Virus record (IMG/VR): IMGVR_UViG_3300027976_000013
DNA: 64,000 nucleotides
Origin: an uncultured virus (IMG/VR IMGVR_UViG_3300027976_000013)
Taxonomy: Duplodnaviria > Heunggongvirae > Uroviricota > Caudoviricetes
Strand: one strand, 5' to 3'
Below are positions 11,247-21,222 of this stretch, piece by piece (position 1 is the first letter of the stretch; every line of letters begins with the position of its first letter). The notes beneath the pieces were generated by a model. That model was given only the letters and a program-made list of their open reading frames with translations. It was not told the origin of the DNA and searched no databases. The translations under genes and the position numbers were made by a program.

Positions 11247-11971
11247 TGGCCGTGCTCCGCAAGCATGGAAACGAACTCGGAAGGGGGATGCGCCTCGGAA
11301 TTGTAACTTTTCTCAAGCATACGCATTGAGTCCTCTGAAACTTCGAGTTTCTTCGCCATAACCCAATTCATTCCAGAAAACTTCGCCGGAACTCCGACAA
11401 CTGTCGAGTAAGGAAGCACGCCCTTTACTACCGCTGCATTCATTCCGATCATCGCCCCAAACCCAATTCTAATATTCTGATGAATAGTAGCCGCCATACC
11501 AATGTTAGAGTAGCGATCAATCCAACAATGCCCTCCAATCATGGCTGACGGAGAGATGCGGACGTTATTTCCGATAACGCAGTCGTGCCCAACATGAGAC
11601 TTATTCATAACGAAGCAGTTATCCCCAATTATTGTGCTATGGACTGTCCCTTGGTGAATCGTGACTTGTTCTCTGATCACAGTATTGTGTCCGATGACGA
11701 CACCTTCCCCATGATCAATATTCCAAAGCATCTCATTAATTTGCCCAATCTCTGCAAAGTAATTTGGATATCTTGGCAACTCCGCCTTTACCATCATCTC
11801 CACATCCTCGGCAGGAGTCCCGATGATAGCATTTGGACCAATCCAACAGTTAGACCCAATATTGACGGGGCCAAGTATGACGGCATTGGGACCAACTATT
11901 GTCCCGGCCCCGATCATGACATCCCCATAAACTGAGGCGGAAGGATGGACAAAGTAATCTATAAACATCAA
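11237..11971 (-). CDS. Hexapeptide-repeat (left-handed beta-helix) acyl/acetyltransferase
   Basis: IG-x-x-x-x hexapeptide repeats, HVGHDC, VVGVPAK. Confidence 0.85.
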   Translation of the reverse strand: MMFIDYFVHPSASVYGDVMIGAGTIVGPNAVILGPVNIGSNCWIGPNAIIGTPAEDVEMMVKAELPRYPNYFAEIGQINEMLWNIDHGEGVVIGHNTVIREQVTIHQGTVHSTIIGDNCFVMNKSHVGHDCVIGNNVRISPSAMIGGHCWIDRYSNIGMAATIHQNIRIGFGAMIGMNAAVVKGVLPYSTVVGVPAKFSGMNWVMAKKLEVSEDSMRMLEKSYNSEAHPPSEFVSMLAEHGQWG

Positions 11972-13119
11972 TTGCTCCTCACTTTTTCTAGAATTCGATT
12001 GAACGTATTGGCGATATAGATAATATCTTTCCTGTTCAACTTAGTCCCCAAAGGTAACGAAACACACCTCTTAGACTGACCCTTCGCTTCTGGAGTCTTA
12101 TTTAGGTGCAAAGTCTTTGAGAAAGTCTCATCGTAGTTCAGGAGGTATTCATAGTAAATGCCAATCGAAATACTAGCAAGAGACATCTCTGATATGAACA
12201 TCGCTCGATCAACATTATATGGCAGCAAAACGGTGTAGTGGTGAAAAGCGTGAGTTGAGCCGTGAGGAAGATATGATAGCTGAGGATTGTCAATACTTAA
12301 TATTGACCTATAAATTTTAGCCTGTTCATTGCGAATCATCGTAACATGCTCAAGTCGCTCTAACTGAGAGACCCCGAGTGTCGCTGCTACATCACTCATT
12401 CTCATGTTAGTTCCTAAACAAGTTTCCCCCGCAATATTCTTCGCAGTGCCATTGTTTCTATACTGGTGAAAGAAGTTTGTGTCGTCATCGAATAAAATAA
12501 CTCCGCCCTCGATGCTAGTAATATTTTTGGTGGCGTAGAAAGAGAAAATGGAAAAATCTGATCGTGAAGCCCAAGATCCCACTGGGCGTGAATCTGCATA
12601 CTTTGCACCAATCGCCTGAGCGTTGTCCTCGATAAGAAAAATGTCATCTCTATCTGAAATAGCATCAAATAGCATGTTCAAGTGCGGATCTGGCATTCCA
12701 TAGAGATTTGTCACTACAATTGCTTTTGTGTTTGAATTTATAAGATCTTTAACTAAATACCAATCGGCAAGGGATAAGTAGTTAGTGTCAACGAATACTG
12801 GAGTGGCACCGGATCGAATAATCGACATCGGAACAGACTTGAAGGTCATTGGAGACAAGATAACTTCATCTCCCTCTCCGAGATCGAGATAGTCCCATAA
12901 GCACTCAAATGCCGATGTTGCGCTCGAAAAGGCCGCTGCGCTCTCCCTATTACAGAGTTTCTTCATCCTGTCTTCAAGGCGTTCAACGAACATCCCCTGA
13001 GCTAGACTTCCACTTCTCAGAACGCTCTCTACTTTTTGAATGTCGATATCTTTTATATCCGGCTTATTTCCATAGTACATCGTGATCATTTCCGATCTCT
13101 TCGAATGGATAATTGTCAA
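11968..13119 (-). CDS. DegT/DnrJ/EryC1/StrS PLP-dependent sugar aminotransferase
   Basis: SSATSA, GATPVFVD, IEDNAQAIG, FSFYATKNITSIEGG, G.N.RM; true start may be about 13080-13089. Confidence 0.9.
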   Translation of the reverse strand: MTIIHSKRSEMITMYYGNKPDIKDIDIQKVESVLRSGSLAQGMFVERLEDRMKKLCNRESAAAFSSATSAFECLWDYLDLGEGDEVILSPMTFKSVPMSIIRSGATPVFVDTNYLSLADWYLVKDLINSNTKAIVVTNLYGMPDPHLNMLFDAISDRDDIFLIEDNAQAIGAKYADSRPVGSWASRSDFSIFSFYATKNITSIEGGVILFDDDTNFFHQYRNNGTAKNIAGETCLGTNMRMSDVAATLGVSQLERLEHVTMIRNEQAKIYRSILSIDNPQLSYLPHGSTHAFHHYTVLLPYNVDRAMFISEMSLASISIGIYYEYLLNYDETFSKTLHLNKTPEAKGQSKRCVSLPLGTKLNRKDIIYIANTFNRILEKVRSN

Positions 13120-13939
13120 CGCTTTTTAATTTTTCTGAGGTAGCAATTCTCAGCTCGGTAACCCGATCGCCACGCCTAGGCTCTGAGAGCCTTCCGGCAT
13201 CTCCACCATATAAATCTTGATAAACATCTTCCATAATTCGAATCTTCCCTGGGTCAATCGTGTACCGGCCAGATTCTTGAATTCCAGTAAACATAACTAA
13301 CGAAATTGCTTCATCTAAAGAAATAAAATATCGTCCGCAGTCTGTGACTGTGTGATCAGACATCGCCTGTTCATTCCAAATCTCGAAAACATTGCCGGAA
13401 GTTTCCACAACATTGTAGAACCTGGCAACATTATGCCCCCTATTTAGCACCAGTCGCTCAGCGATCAACTTAGTTGCGCCGTAAACGGTCTCTGGATTGC
13501 CCGACTTGCACGTGCTAGCTAATATTATCTTTGTATTTTCATCACAGGCGTCCAGTAAGTTTTGTGTACCACCTATGTTAATCTTAATTGTCTCTTCTGG
13601 AGTTTCCTCTCCCGCAGGAGCGTGTTTGTCGGCTGCGAAATGAAATATGACATCAGGATTATACCTCCGAACAACTTTTGCAACATCAGGCCAACTTGCG
13701 ACATTCAAGATTTTTTCATTATCATCTTCAGGGCCGGTAACGATATCAGTGGCGATCAGATTACATCTAATTTTATTCCGATAAAGGAAATTCTGAACAC
13801 CAACACCCAAACTCCCCTTTGCCCCCGTTATTAGGATTGTGCTATCTGTGTAGGAGTCTACGCAATCGTCATATAACGAGGGGAACGTGTGCTGCTTTCT
13901 TCCAAGGATTTTCTCTAATGTCGTTTCGTCAAAGTTCAT
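13064..13939 (-). CDS. NDP-sugar 4,6-dehydratase (PglF/CapD/PseB-like SDR)
   Basis: ILITGAKGSLG, IFHFAADKH, YGATKLIAE, RFYNV..TSG.V motifs. Confidence 0.82.
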   Translation of the reverse strand: MNFDETTLEKILGRKQHTFPSLYDDCVDSYTDSTILITGAKGSLGVGVQNFLYRNKIRCNLIATDIVTGPEDDNEKILNVASWPDVAKVVRRYNPDVIFHFAADKHAPAGEETPEETIKINIGGTQNLLDACDENTKIILASTCKSGNPETVYGATKLIAERLVLNRGHNVARFYNVVETSGNVFEIWNEQAMSDHTVTDCGRYFISLDEAISLVMFTGIQESGRYTIDPGKIRIMEDVYQDLYGGDAGRLSEPRRGDRVTELRIATSEKLKSVDNYPFEEIGNDHDVLWK

Positions 13940-13945
13940 GTGTAT

Positions 13946-13991
13946 ATAATAGCAGAAGCCGGGGTGTGTACGCCCCGGCTTCTGCTATTAT
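13946..13991. terminator. 19-bp perfect-stem hairpin, probable intrinsic terminator
   Basis: ATAATAGCAGAAGCCGGGG / CCCCGGCTTCTGCTATTAT followed by a T run. Confidence 0.7.
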
Positions 13992-14066
13992 TTTTTTCAT
14001 ATCATGGACCAAGAAGTGATCTTTCCGGCTCCATGACGATCTTCCCTACTGGAAACTTGATTCAGG

Positions 14067-14897
14067 CTACTTCAGACCTGCGAAAAACTTGTTAAGTTCG
14101 TTAGTGACATGTAGCACAAACGCTTCCCCCGGACCGCTCTGGATAGCAGTCATATTGAGGAAACCGAACCCGTAATCACCGGCGAGGTTCAGCCATACGG
14201 CTTTGCCGACCAGTAACGGCTTGGCGAGAGTTTCCCAGCGATCGCCATCGAGCGTCTTGTTCCAAGCTGAGAAAGTGACCGCAGGCAGTTCCTGCCACTG
14301 GTTCCAGACTTCTCCATTGGAACGGAGGGCGAAGCATTCGCGGCCTCCAGAAGAATTAATAATCGTGTTCATTTCAGGACTCCTTGGTTTAATTGTAGAA
14401 AAAGCTTGAACTGCATTTGACGCAGAGCGCCCCTGCTGTAATTTACTGTAAATGTTGTCGCCGGGGCAACCAGTCGGGTTGACATCACGGTGTCCGCCTT
14501 CAAACTTTTTGCCGTATATACGGTTATGTTCATCGAACACAGCCCAGACTAACGCCATGTCTTGATCTGGAATTTCGTTCACAGTGGAGTCACCCAACCA
14601 GAGCACAGAGTGCATGAGGTATCCACGATCGAGGTCGGCCGCATCTACTACCCCGAACCCTCTGCCCATAAAGATTCTTCCTCCGCCGACAGCATGACCA
14701 TAAGCAAAATCGTTCCAACCTTTGGCCATGTGACTGTTTTGGATTTGTCGCATCATCGCCGGGTAATCGGTGGTGGCTGGGTCTCTAGCAACCCCGTCGC
14801 CGGTGTGATGGGCGAGTTCACCTTCCGACCCGACCAGATTTGTATACGGCTGGAAGGGCTCACGGGCACCCCATTCAGCGCGAGTTACAATATTCAT
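14067..14897 (-). CDS. N-acetylmuramoyl-L-alanine amidase (PGRP/Amidase_2-like endolysin)
   Basis: IVTRAEWGA, HHTG, GWNDFAY, GRG, GHRDV.PTGCPG zinc-amidase motifs. Confidence 0.85.
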   Translation of the reverse strand: MNIVTRAEWGAREPFQPYTNLVGSEGELAHHTGDGVARDPATTDYPAMMRQIQNSHMAKGWNDFAYGHAVGGGRIFMGRGFGVVDAADLDRGYLMHSVLWLGDSTVNEIPDQDMALVWAVFDEHNRIYGKKFEGGHRDVNPTGCPGDNIYSKLQQGRSASNAVQAFSTIKPRSPEMNTIINSSGGRECFALRSNGEVWNQWQELPAVTFSAWNKTLDGDRWETLAKPLLVGKAVWLNLAGDYGFGFLNMTAIQSGPGEAFVLHVTNELNKFFAGLK

Positions 14898-14974
14898 CAG
14901 TTAGAACCTCATTTTGATTATTCTGCAGAAAACTTCAATAATACAATTATACCACAGCAAAGACTCTAAAGCGC

Positions 14975-15169
14975 TTAGAAGTCGTCAGGTCTTGAAGTAA
15001 AGCCTTTCACAGACCTACTACCACCAGGGACACGCCCAAATCCGACAGATCTGATACGACAAGTAAAGCAGTCGCAATCAGTATCATGATGACATGCACA
15101 CTCACAGCCATTAGTGACACACTTCTCATGACTCTTGGCCAAACAGAGAACCGACTTAGGAACCATCAA
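14975..15169 (-). CDS. Small Cys/His-rich protein
   Basis: 64 aa with CECACH and CDCFTC; overlaps thyX stop. Confidence 0.5.
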   Translation of the reverse strand: MMVPKSVLCLAKSHEKCVTNGCECACHHDTDCDCFTCRIRSVGFGRVPGGSRSVKGFTSRPDDF

Positions 15170-15968
15170 ACCACCAATGAGAATTGTGTCTTATCTGAGC
15201 GAACCCATTGAAGTTCCCAGCGGGGTTCAGACCATCATCAATAGGAGTTGCCACATGTTCCATAGGGCTCCAATGAGGAGGATCGGCACTCATAAGTCTG
15301 TCAAACAGTTGTAAGTCTTTCGCAATAGATCTCTCATTGTTATGAGTCAAATAAGACACCCGAGCGCATCTGGCAATACAAATCTTGATTTTTTTAATGT
15401 CATCTAAACAAAATTCTTCCGGGTGAAGGTATGGGAGATGAAATTCCCCCCTAACAATGAAATGAGGAACAGAATTCCTGTACGCTGTCTGCATGGCAAT
15501 CGCTACAGCCCTAATCTCGGGCTGAGCCAACTCACTACACCTCTGCGCAAAGAATCCAGTCCATTCAGTTGAACTAACAATAACCGTATGCCACATAAAC
15601 GGCTCAATAATGCGATTGGAAACTTGCTTATGGACACCGAGTGCTTCAAGGGCCCTACAGTGCTTAATGGCAGACTTTGATGCTTTCTTCCAGATTCTCT
15701 TTGCTTTTCTAGTTTTGCTCCCCGAAAGCGGTTCACCAGCCTGCATACCTGCCTTGTTCTGCCCCCACTCTACAGGGTATGCCGGATGCTCTGAGACTTT
15801 AGCGATCTGCTTAAAAATCGGAATAGCCCGAGAACTTGCAGAGTTCCGTGAGAAAACCCGATGAGTATTCATTTCAGGCAGCATGAATCGATGCATCCGG
15901 ACTTCCATCGTCGTCAAACGATCTCCACTAGCAGTAATGCTGTCAGCAATAATCTTTGCGTAAATCAT
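15156..15968 (-). CDS. thyX: Flavin-dependent thymidylate synthase
   Basis: THRVFSRNSASSRAIP, ARCARVSY, HWSPMEH. Confidence 0.9.
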   Translation of the reverse strand: MIYAKIIADSITASGDRLTTMEVRMHRFMLPEMNTHRVFSRNSASSRAIPIFKQIAKVSEHPAYPVEWGQNKAGMQAGEPLSGSKTRKAKRIWKKASKSAIKHCRALEALGVHKQVSNRIIEPFMWHTVIVSSTEWTGFFAQRCSELAQPEIRAVAIAMQTAYRNSVPHFIVRGEFHLPYLHPEEFCLDDIKKIKICIARCARVSYLTHNNERSIAKDLQLFDRLMSADPPHWSPMEHVATPIDDGLNPAGNFNGFAQIRHNSHWWFDGS

Positions 15969-15976
15969 AATTCCTA

Positions 15977-16339
15977 CTATACCACTTTCCTAGGTGACCG
16001 CTGTCTGATTGTCGAAGTTTTTTTCTTCTTCATTGATGGCCTCTTTTTCGTTGCGACTCTCTTCTTCCTCTTCTTCTTCCCCCGGATAAATTCTTCCGTC
16101 ACCCTCCATAAATTTTCTCCGCTTTGCTGCTGCTTCAGGTGAAGCGCTGCGTGGCAAATAAAGCAAAGGGCAACAAGATCTGCGTCACGCTCGTTCCCGA
16201 GTCGGATGTAGGTTTTGTGATGCAAATGAATCCTATTCCTGCTTGAACAGGCTCTGCATTTTTTCTCGTGAGTGCTGAAGAACATACGCTTCCGCAGTCT
16301 CCACGCATCCGAACTCATGTAAAATCTATATTCCATCAA
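15977..16339 (-). CDS. HNH endonuclease
   Basis: CRAC...HLHHKTY.RLGNE...LVALCFICH; basic tail. Confidence 0.75.
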   Translation of the reverse strand: MMEYRFYMSSDAWRLRKRMFFSTHEKKCRACSSRNRIHLHHKTYIRLGNERDADLVALCFICHAALHLKQQQSGENLWRVTEEFIRGKKKRKKRVATKKRPSMKKKKTSTIRQRSPRKVV

Positions 16340-16354
16340 CTATATAATATCACA

Positions 16355-16549
16355 TTATTTTGGTGTAATGATAGGAATCTCTTCCTCGATCTTCTTCCAC
16401 AAGTTCTTGGCAATCCTGTACCGATCATCATCAAATAGAACAACAGAATCCTGTTCTGAAGCAACCCTCATTTTGTGAAAGAAATCGACAACAGCGGCAT
16501 TCAGATAGGCCGCTTCGATAGCGGTCAAGTCGAACCTGTACTCAGTCAT
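16355..16549 (-). CDS. Hypothetical protein
   Basis: 64-aa ORF with ATGA overlap to def. Confidence 0.55.
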   Translation of the reverse strand: MTEYRFDLTAIEAAYLNAAVVDFFHKMRVASEQDSVVLFDDDRYRIAKNLWKKIEEEIPIITPK

Positions 16550-17067
16550 GTCATCTTGATGAGCGGAGGATCATATTCTCCAACTGGTTTCTTACCAAGG
16601 AAATAAGAGACAAATATATCGAAATCATCTGAACTAAGAGAGTCCACAAGCAGAATGCCATCGAGGTGATCCATCTCATGTTGGATTACTCGTGCTTCAA
16701 TTCCCACAAACTTATCAGACATCAAATTAAAGTTCAGATCGAAGTAATTCAAGCCGACCTCATAGAACCTTTCGACTTTCCATTCATAACCTGGAATTGA
16801 TAAACAGCCTTCATTTTCGATTGAAGGACCTGCTAAATGAAAGATTTCTGGATCAATAAAAAAAACCAAATCCCTAACAGCCTGAGAGTAAATTCCGAAG
16901 ATCCTGAACGGTTCACCAATTTGAACTGCAGAGATACCGAACCCTCCAACTTCCCAGCATTCTTTTCGCATACGCTCACAAAGTTTAGATACCTCATCTA
17001 AAGTGAGATTACCTACAACTTCTCCTGAAACGCTTTCCAGTTTTTCATTCGGAAATTTGATTATCAC
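16546..17067 (-). CDS. def: Peptide deformylase
   Basis: GFGISAVQIG, EGCLS, QHEMDHLDG. Confidence 0.92.
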   Translation of the reverse strand: MIIKFPNEKLESVSGEVVGNLTLDEVSKLCERMRKECWEVGGFGISAVQIGEPFRIFGIYSQAVRDLVFFIDPEIFHLAGPSIENEGCLSIPGYEWKVERFYEVGLNYFDLNFNLMSDKFVGIEARVIQHEMDHLDGILLVDSLSSDDFDIFVSYFLGKKPVGEYDPPLIKMT

Positions 17068-17447
17068 GTTAAAATGTCCTTTCTTAGATCGTCAATGTGA
17101 TCACAGATTGAACTGTAAACGTCGGTTTCAAGAGTCTTCTCTGATCTCCCCTTCTCGAAGAAGGCGCTGTCAAGAATCCCAGCAATATCACACAAGTATT
17201 TATCTGACTCTGGGCAATCACAGTCGATACTTAAGAGTCCGGCACCAGAAAAGAAGCTGGCGGCATTGTAAAATGCCACATAGTCGATATCAACTGAGGC
17301 TGTATACATTCGGAAGAACGTCTCCGGGATCGGGAAATCGTCAACACTCAAGAGCTTGCAAATTTCGTGCGCACACTCAGAATCAGTTTCAAACTCCTCC
17401 GAGACAAGGTTTAAATCGTGCATAAGGAACTCATAGAACTCGTTCAC
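17064..17447 (-). CDS. Acidic hypothetical protein
   Basis: 127-aa ORF with GGAG RBS, overlaps def start. Confidence 0.55.
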   Translation of the reverse strand: MNEFYEFLMHDLNLVSEEFETDSECAHEICKLLSVDDFPIPETFFRMYTASVDIDYVAFYNAASFFSGAGLLSIDCDCPESDKYLCDIAGILDSAFFEKGRSEKTLETDVYSSICDHIDDLRKDILT

Positions 17448-17632
17448 ACATCTCCATCCAGCCCAAAATAGGGCTATGTCGTAAAGCCCTCAGGTGGGCT
17501 GGTGAGATCGTAGCACACATTCGATGATAACGCTCCCGTCCTGTGGAATTCTCCCATATCCCTTATGGCTCACTGCACTATTGCCATTCTGGCATCTTCA
17601 CTTCGAAAAGTTAAAATACGCTGAAGGGCAAA

Positions 17633-17737
17633 ATTTTAAAAAAATTACGCGTAAGCCTTTTTTGGCTGAAAAAGATTCTGAAGCCTTTATTTTAAAAAAA
17701 ATTACGCGTAAGCCTTTTTTTGGCTGAAAAAGATTCT
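17633..17737. repeat. Two near-identical ~48-bp direct repeats in the divergent intergenic region
   Basis: ATTTTAAAAAAA(A)TTACGCGTAAGCCTTTTTT(T)GGCTGAAAAAGATTCT at 17633 and 17689. Confidence 0.85.
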
Positions 17738-18300
17738 TGACATAGATATCTCAGAAGATAAAGACTTTATAGCAATACAAGTATTAGTATACTTATGATT
17801 ACTATACTTACTAATATACTATTATTAGAATTGTATAGATAATAATTCTTATAGAACTATTACTATTTATAGGACTACTACTATTTATATGACAATAGTA
17901 GGGTGGGGTGTAAAGTAGAGGAAATATTCTTTACATTACTTCCCTTTTCAGAATCTTTTTTCAGAAGGGTTTGTGTTGCCTTTATAAAAGCACGGAGTGC
18001 TTAAGTAGTATTAGAGGTGTTTTTAAAGCGAAATAATGCCCGATATAAGCAAGGGCTCGCTAAGGAGGATTTCTTGGCTTAAGCCAATAGTACCCTGTTC
18101 CCCGTCTGAAGTTGTGATCACATCCAGCAAGATTCTTCTTGCCTAAAGAAAGGATACCACACTTTACGGAGCCGTGCTTCGATTTGTGTGTTTTTTATAA
18201 ATTTCTTATTCTTTTCCTCACTATAAGAAGTGTGGCTTCATAAGTTGTATCTTGCTATCCTTGATATAGCAACGCTTAGCGCTGCACCTCTCTTTCAAGG

Positions 18301-18651
18301 ATGTCTATGTCTAACATTACATCAGTCGCAGAAGTAATTATCGTTCCAGTCGTTATATCGTTAATCACAGCTGCTAGTGGCATAGTCGCTATTTTGGTAT
18401 CAAACAACAAGCAGCATAGGCGGGCCAAGAAAGATTCGGATCTCTTCCGTGAAGAGAACACCGCTCAGCACAACGAAAATCGTGGAGTTTCCGATCAGAG
18501 TGTGATTCTCTTAACCCACCTAAGCGCTCAGGTAACTGGAATCGACGAAAAAGTAGACAAACTTGATGATCGGCTTGACCAGTCTAACATGTGGCAGTCA
18601 AACCATGAGCTTGTCCACCTGAAGAAAGAAATGAACGACGAAACCCCCTAG
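18301..18651 (+). CDS. Membrane-anchored coiled-coil protein
   Basis: N-terminal hydrophobic helix then heptad-like IDEKVDKLDDRLD. Confidence 0.6.
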   Translation: MSMSNITSVAEVIIVPVVISLITAASGIVAILVSNNKQHRRAKKDSDLFREENTAQHNENRGVSDQSVILLTHLSAQVTGIDEKVDKLDDRLDQSNMWQSNHELVHLKKEMNDETP

Positions 18652-18671
18652 CACTATGCTATAATGTAGGC

Positions 18672-18887
18672 ATGGAGCCTAGAGTATTCGCGAATAACAA
18701 CCATACTGAAACTCGCCTTATCATCGAGCCCTTCAGGGAATATAGCGCCCTTGATCCCAACTGGTGGATAGAATTTCCTTCCAAGGAGGGTTTTGATGCT
18801 AGGCATCTCCACAATGTTCTCAAGTGTTTTCATGACCTCGAAGCTGAGGTTGAGAAACTGATAGGACTGTTCAATGAGTATAAATGA
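18672..18887 (+). CDS. Hypothetical protein (leaderless)
   Basis: TGC-TATAAT-N6-ATG at 18657-18674. Confidence 0.6.
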   Translation: MEPRVFANNNHTETRLIIEPFREYSALDPNWWIEFPSKEGFDARHLHNVLKCFHDLEAEVEKLIGLFNEYK

Positions 18888-19167
18888 CTTCTTTAGAGGA
18901 AACTTGCTAGGGAAAAAGATAGAAGGTTTTCCTTATCCAGAGAAGTACTGTGCTTACTGCCGAAATAAGTTATCTCTAATTGATGCAGTCCACATACTGT
19001 CAGAACCACAATCTTTTAAGGCTCTATTTCTCTGTGCGAATCCGAGTTGCGATGCGTATGATGAGCCGGGGAGGAAAGCCTATGCTAAGATATATTATTC
19101 CTCAGAACACTCATACAGGGTTCTTGAAGGCCACAGAATATCTTACGACAGGGAGAGTTTGGAATGA
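18874..19167 (+). CDS. Zinc-ribbon-like hypothetical protein
   Basis: CAYC ... CANPSC. Confidence 0.55.
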   Translation: MSINDFFRGNLLGKKIEGFPYPEKYCAYCRNKLSLIDAVHILSEPQSFKALFLCANPSCDAYDEPGRKAYAKIYYSSEHSYRVLEGHRISYDRESLE

Positions 19168-19382
19168 CGACAATTTTTGATAAGATTGAGGAAGCAGAGA
19201 AACTAGGCCAAGACGAGCTAATTGAGATTAAAGCATCTGACTTCCTCGATCTTATCGACTTGAGGCTCATATGCGGCTTTCTTGTCAATGCAATTCAAGA
19301 TGAAGAAAAAGAGGCAGCAAACGGGTTCCTGATTCAGTTGATGGACAAGATATCGTCCGATCGACAGGCAGAAAGCGACTAG
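19164..19382 (+). CDS. Hypothetical protein
   Basis: ATGA overlap, GGGAG RBS. Confidence 0.55.
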   Translation: MTTIFDKIEEAEKLGQDELIEIKASDFLDLIDLRLICGFLVNAIQDEEKEAANGFLIQLMDKISSDRQAESD

Positions 19383-19583
19383 AATTCCGACAAAGCGGGT
19401 CGCAGGAAAATATTGTAAGAAAAAAAAAGAAGAAGAAGCCCCCCGTTCAGCGTCTTGTGTGATAGACATGGTCCCCCAAGGAGGGGTTATCATGATCAAC
19501 ATCATCTACATAGCATATAGAGATATATATATATTGTCTAAAGAGGCTGAGAAGATTTACCTTTCCCCCCGACTTTTGTTGCC

Positions 19584-19796
19584 ATGAATGACAATAATCT
19601 TTATGTTAAAGGGTTCGAGTGCGATTGTGGTTGCTGTTGGACCATAAATAAGGTTGACCATGAGTTGTGCTGGTTCTGTGGTTCATCAGGTCCTCATCAA
19701 ACAAAAGTTACTTGTAATTCTAACCCAAGGTATATTCAAATAATTTCTGGTTATGATGAATCTTTTCTTTTTTCCCCCATTGAAAGTGTGAGTTGA
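19584..19796 (+). CDS. Small Cys-rich protein
   Basis: CDCGCC ... CWFC; abuts methyltransferase start. Confidence 0.5.
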   Translation: MNDNNLYVKGFECDCGCCWTINKVDHELCWFCGSSGPHQTKVTCNSNPRYIQIISGYDESFLFSPIESVS

Positions 19797-21083
19797 ATGT
19801 CATTTACTTTTATTGACCTTTTTTCTGGAATTGGTGGTTTTCATGCCGCCATGACATCTTTAGGTGGAGAATGTGTCTTTGCATCGGAAATTGATTCTCA
19901 TGCTTCTGATATTTATTTCCGTAATTGGGGAATAAAACCGGAAGGTGACATAGTTCCTTTAACTGAGAACGAAATCTCTATCCCCGACCACGATGTGCTT
20001 TGCGCAGGGTTCCCTTGCCAGCCGTTTTCCAAATCCGGCAAACAGTTGGGGATGGAAGAGACTCGGGGGACACTGTTTTGGAGCATCCTTCGCATTTTGG
20101 AAGCCAAACGACCAAAGTTGTTTATTCTTGAGAATGTCAAAAACCTTATAGGTCCACGTCACCGTCATGAGTATAATGTGATCATTAGTTCTCTTAGAGA
20201 ACTTGGATATTTAGTTTCTGATCAACCAACCATCTTTTCCCCCCATTTATTGCACCCTTCCGAGGGTGGGACCCCACAAATTCGAGACCGAGTGTTTATT
20301 ACGGGGGTTTATGTCGGAAATCAGATGAAAACTTTAGATCCAATCAAGCCATCAGTCGCTTATAAAGCAAGCGAGCTATGGGATCACGATCCTTGGTCTC
20401 ATAATGAGCTTGAACTGATGTTTCTTCAAGACGAAAATGAAATTGGCGACGAATATCGTCTATCATCTGATAATATTCGAATAATCGACGCTTGGGATCA
20501 GTTTGTCATCAGAGTTACGACCAACAGGGGTCGTCAGTTGGACGGATTTCCTATTTGGGCTGACTACTTCACTGATACTCCAGTTTCCCCCGAGGGGACA
20601 CCTGGATGGAAAGTTAAGTTTATAGAGAAGAACTCTAAACTTTATTGTGATAACCGTGATATTATTGATGAATGGCTGAGGGAGAACGATAATTTATCGG
20701 ACTTCCCTCCGTCCCGCAGAAAGTTGGAATGGCAGGCACAAGATTCTGTATCACTTTGGGATACAGCGATGCAGTTACGACCTTCCGGCATTCGTGCGAA
20801 GCGATTGACCTATTTGCCCGCGCTTGTGGCGATAAATCAGACTTCCATCATTGGACCGAGGCGTCGGGTCATAACTCCGAGAGAAGCGGCGCGATTGCAA
20901 GGCTTTTCTGGAGATTTTGACCTTTCTGGTCAGCGTGACGGCTTGGCTTATAAGCAACTAGGGAATGCCGTAAATATCCCTGTTGTTCGACATGTCTTTG
21001 AGGCGTTCGTGAATGAAGTTGAAGCTCATTTAGATGAATTCTCCTTACTGCCGCAGCCTTTCGGAGATTTTATTTACAAATGA
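19797..21083 (+). CDS. DNA (cytosine-5)-methyltransferase
   Basis: FIDLFSGIGG, AGFPCQPFS, ENV, PQIRDRVFI, REAARLQGF, YKQLGNAV. Confidence 0.93.
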   Translation: MSFTFIDLFSGIGGFHAAMTSLGGECVFASEIDSHASDIYFRNWGIKPEGDIVPLTENEISIPDHDVLCAGFPCQPFSKSGKQLGMEETRGTLFWSILRILEAKRPKLFILENVKNLIGPRHRHEYNVIISSLRELGYLVSDQPTIFSPHLLHPSEGGTPQIRDRVFITGVYVGNQMKTLDPIKPSVAYKASELWDHDPWSHNELELMFLQDENEIGDEYRLSSDNIRIIDAWDQFVIRVTTNRGRQLDGFPIWADYFTDTPVSPEGTPGWKVKFIEKNSKLYCDNRDIIDEWLRENDNLSDFPPSRRKLEWQAQDSVSLWDTAMQLRPSGIRAKRLTYLPALVAINQTSIIGPRRRVITPREAARLQGFSGDFDLSGQRDGLAYKQLGNAVNIPVVRHVFEAFVNEVEAHLDEFSLLPQPFGDFIYK

Positions 21084-21222
21084 CAGCACCTACACGGTTT
21101 ATGTGGTAGGGTCATCCTTATGACAAAACCAACACGTATCGCCCCCAAAGCGGAAGTCGCGTATGCCGAACATGCTATGCCGAACGTAATCACCGCCGCT
21201 ATATCAAAAAAGAGGAAATCGG

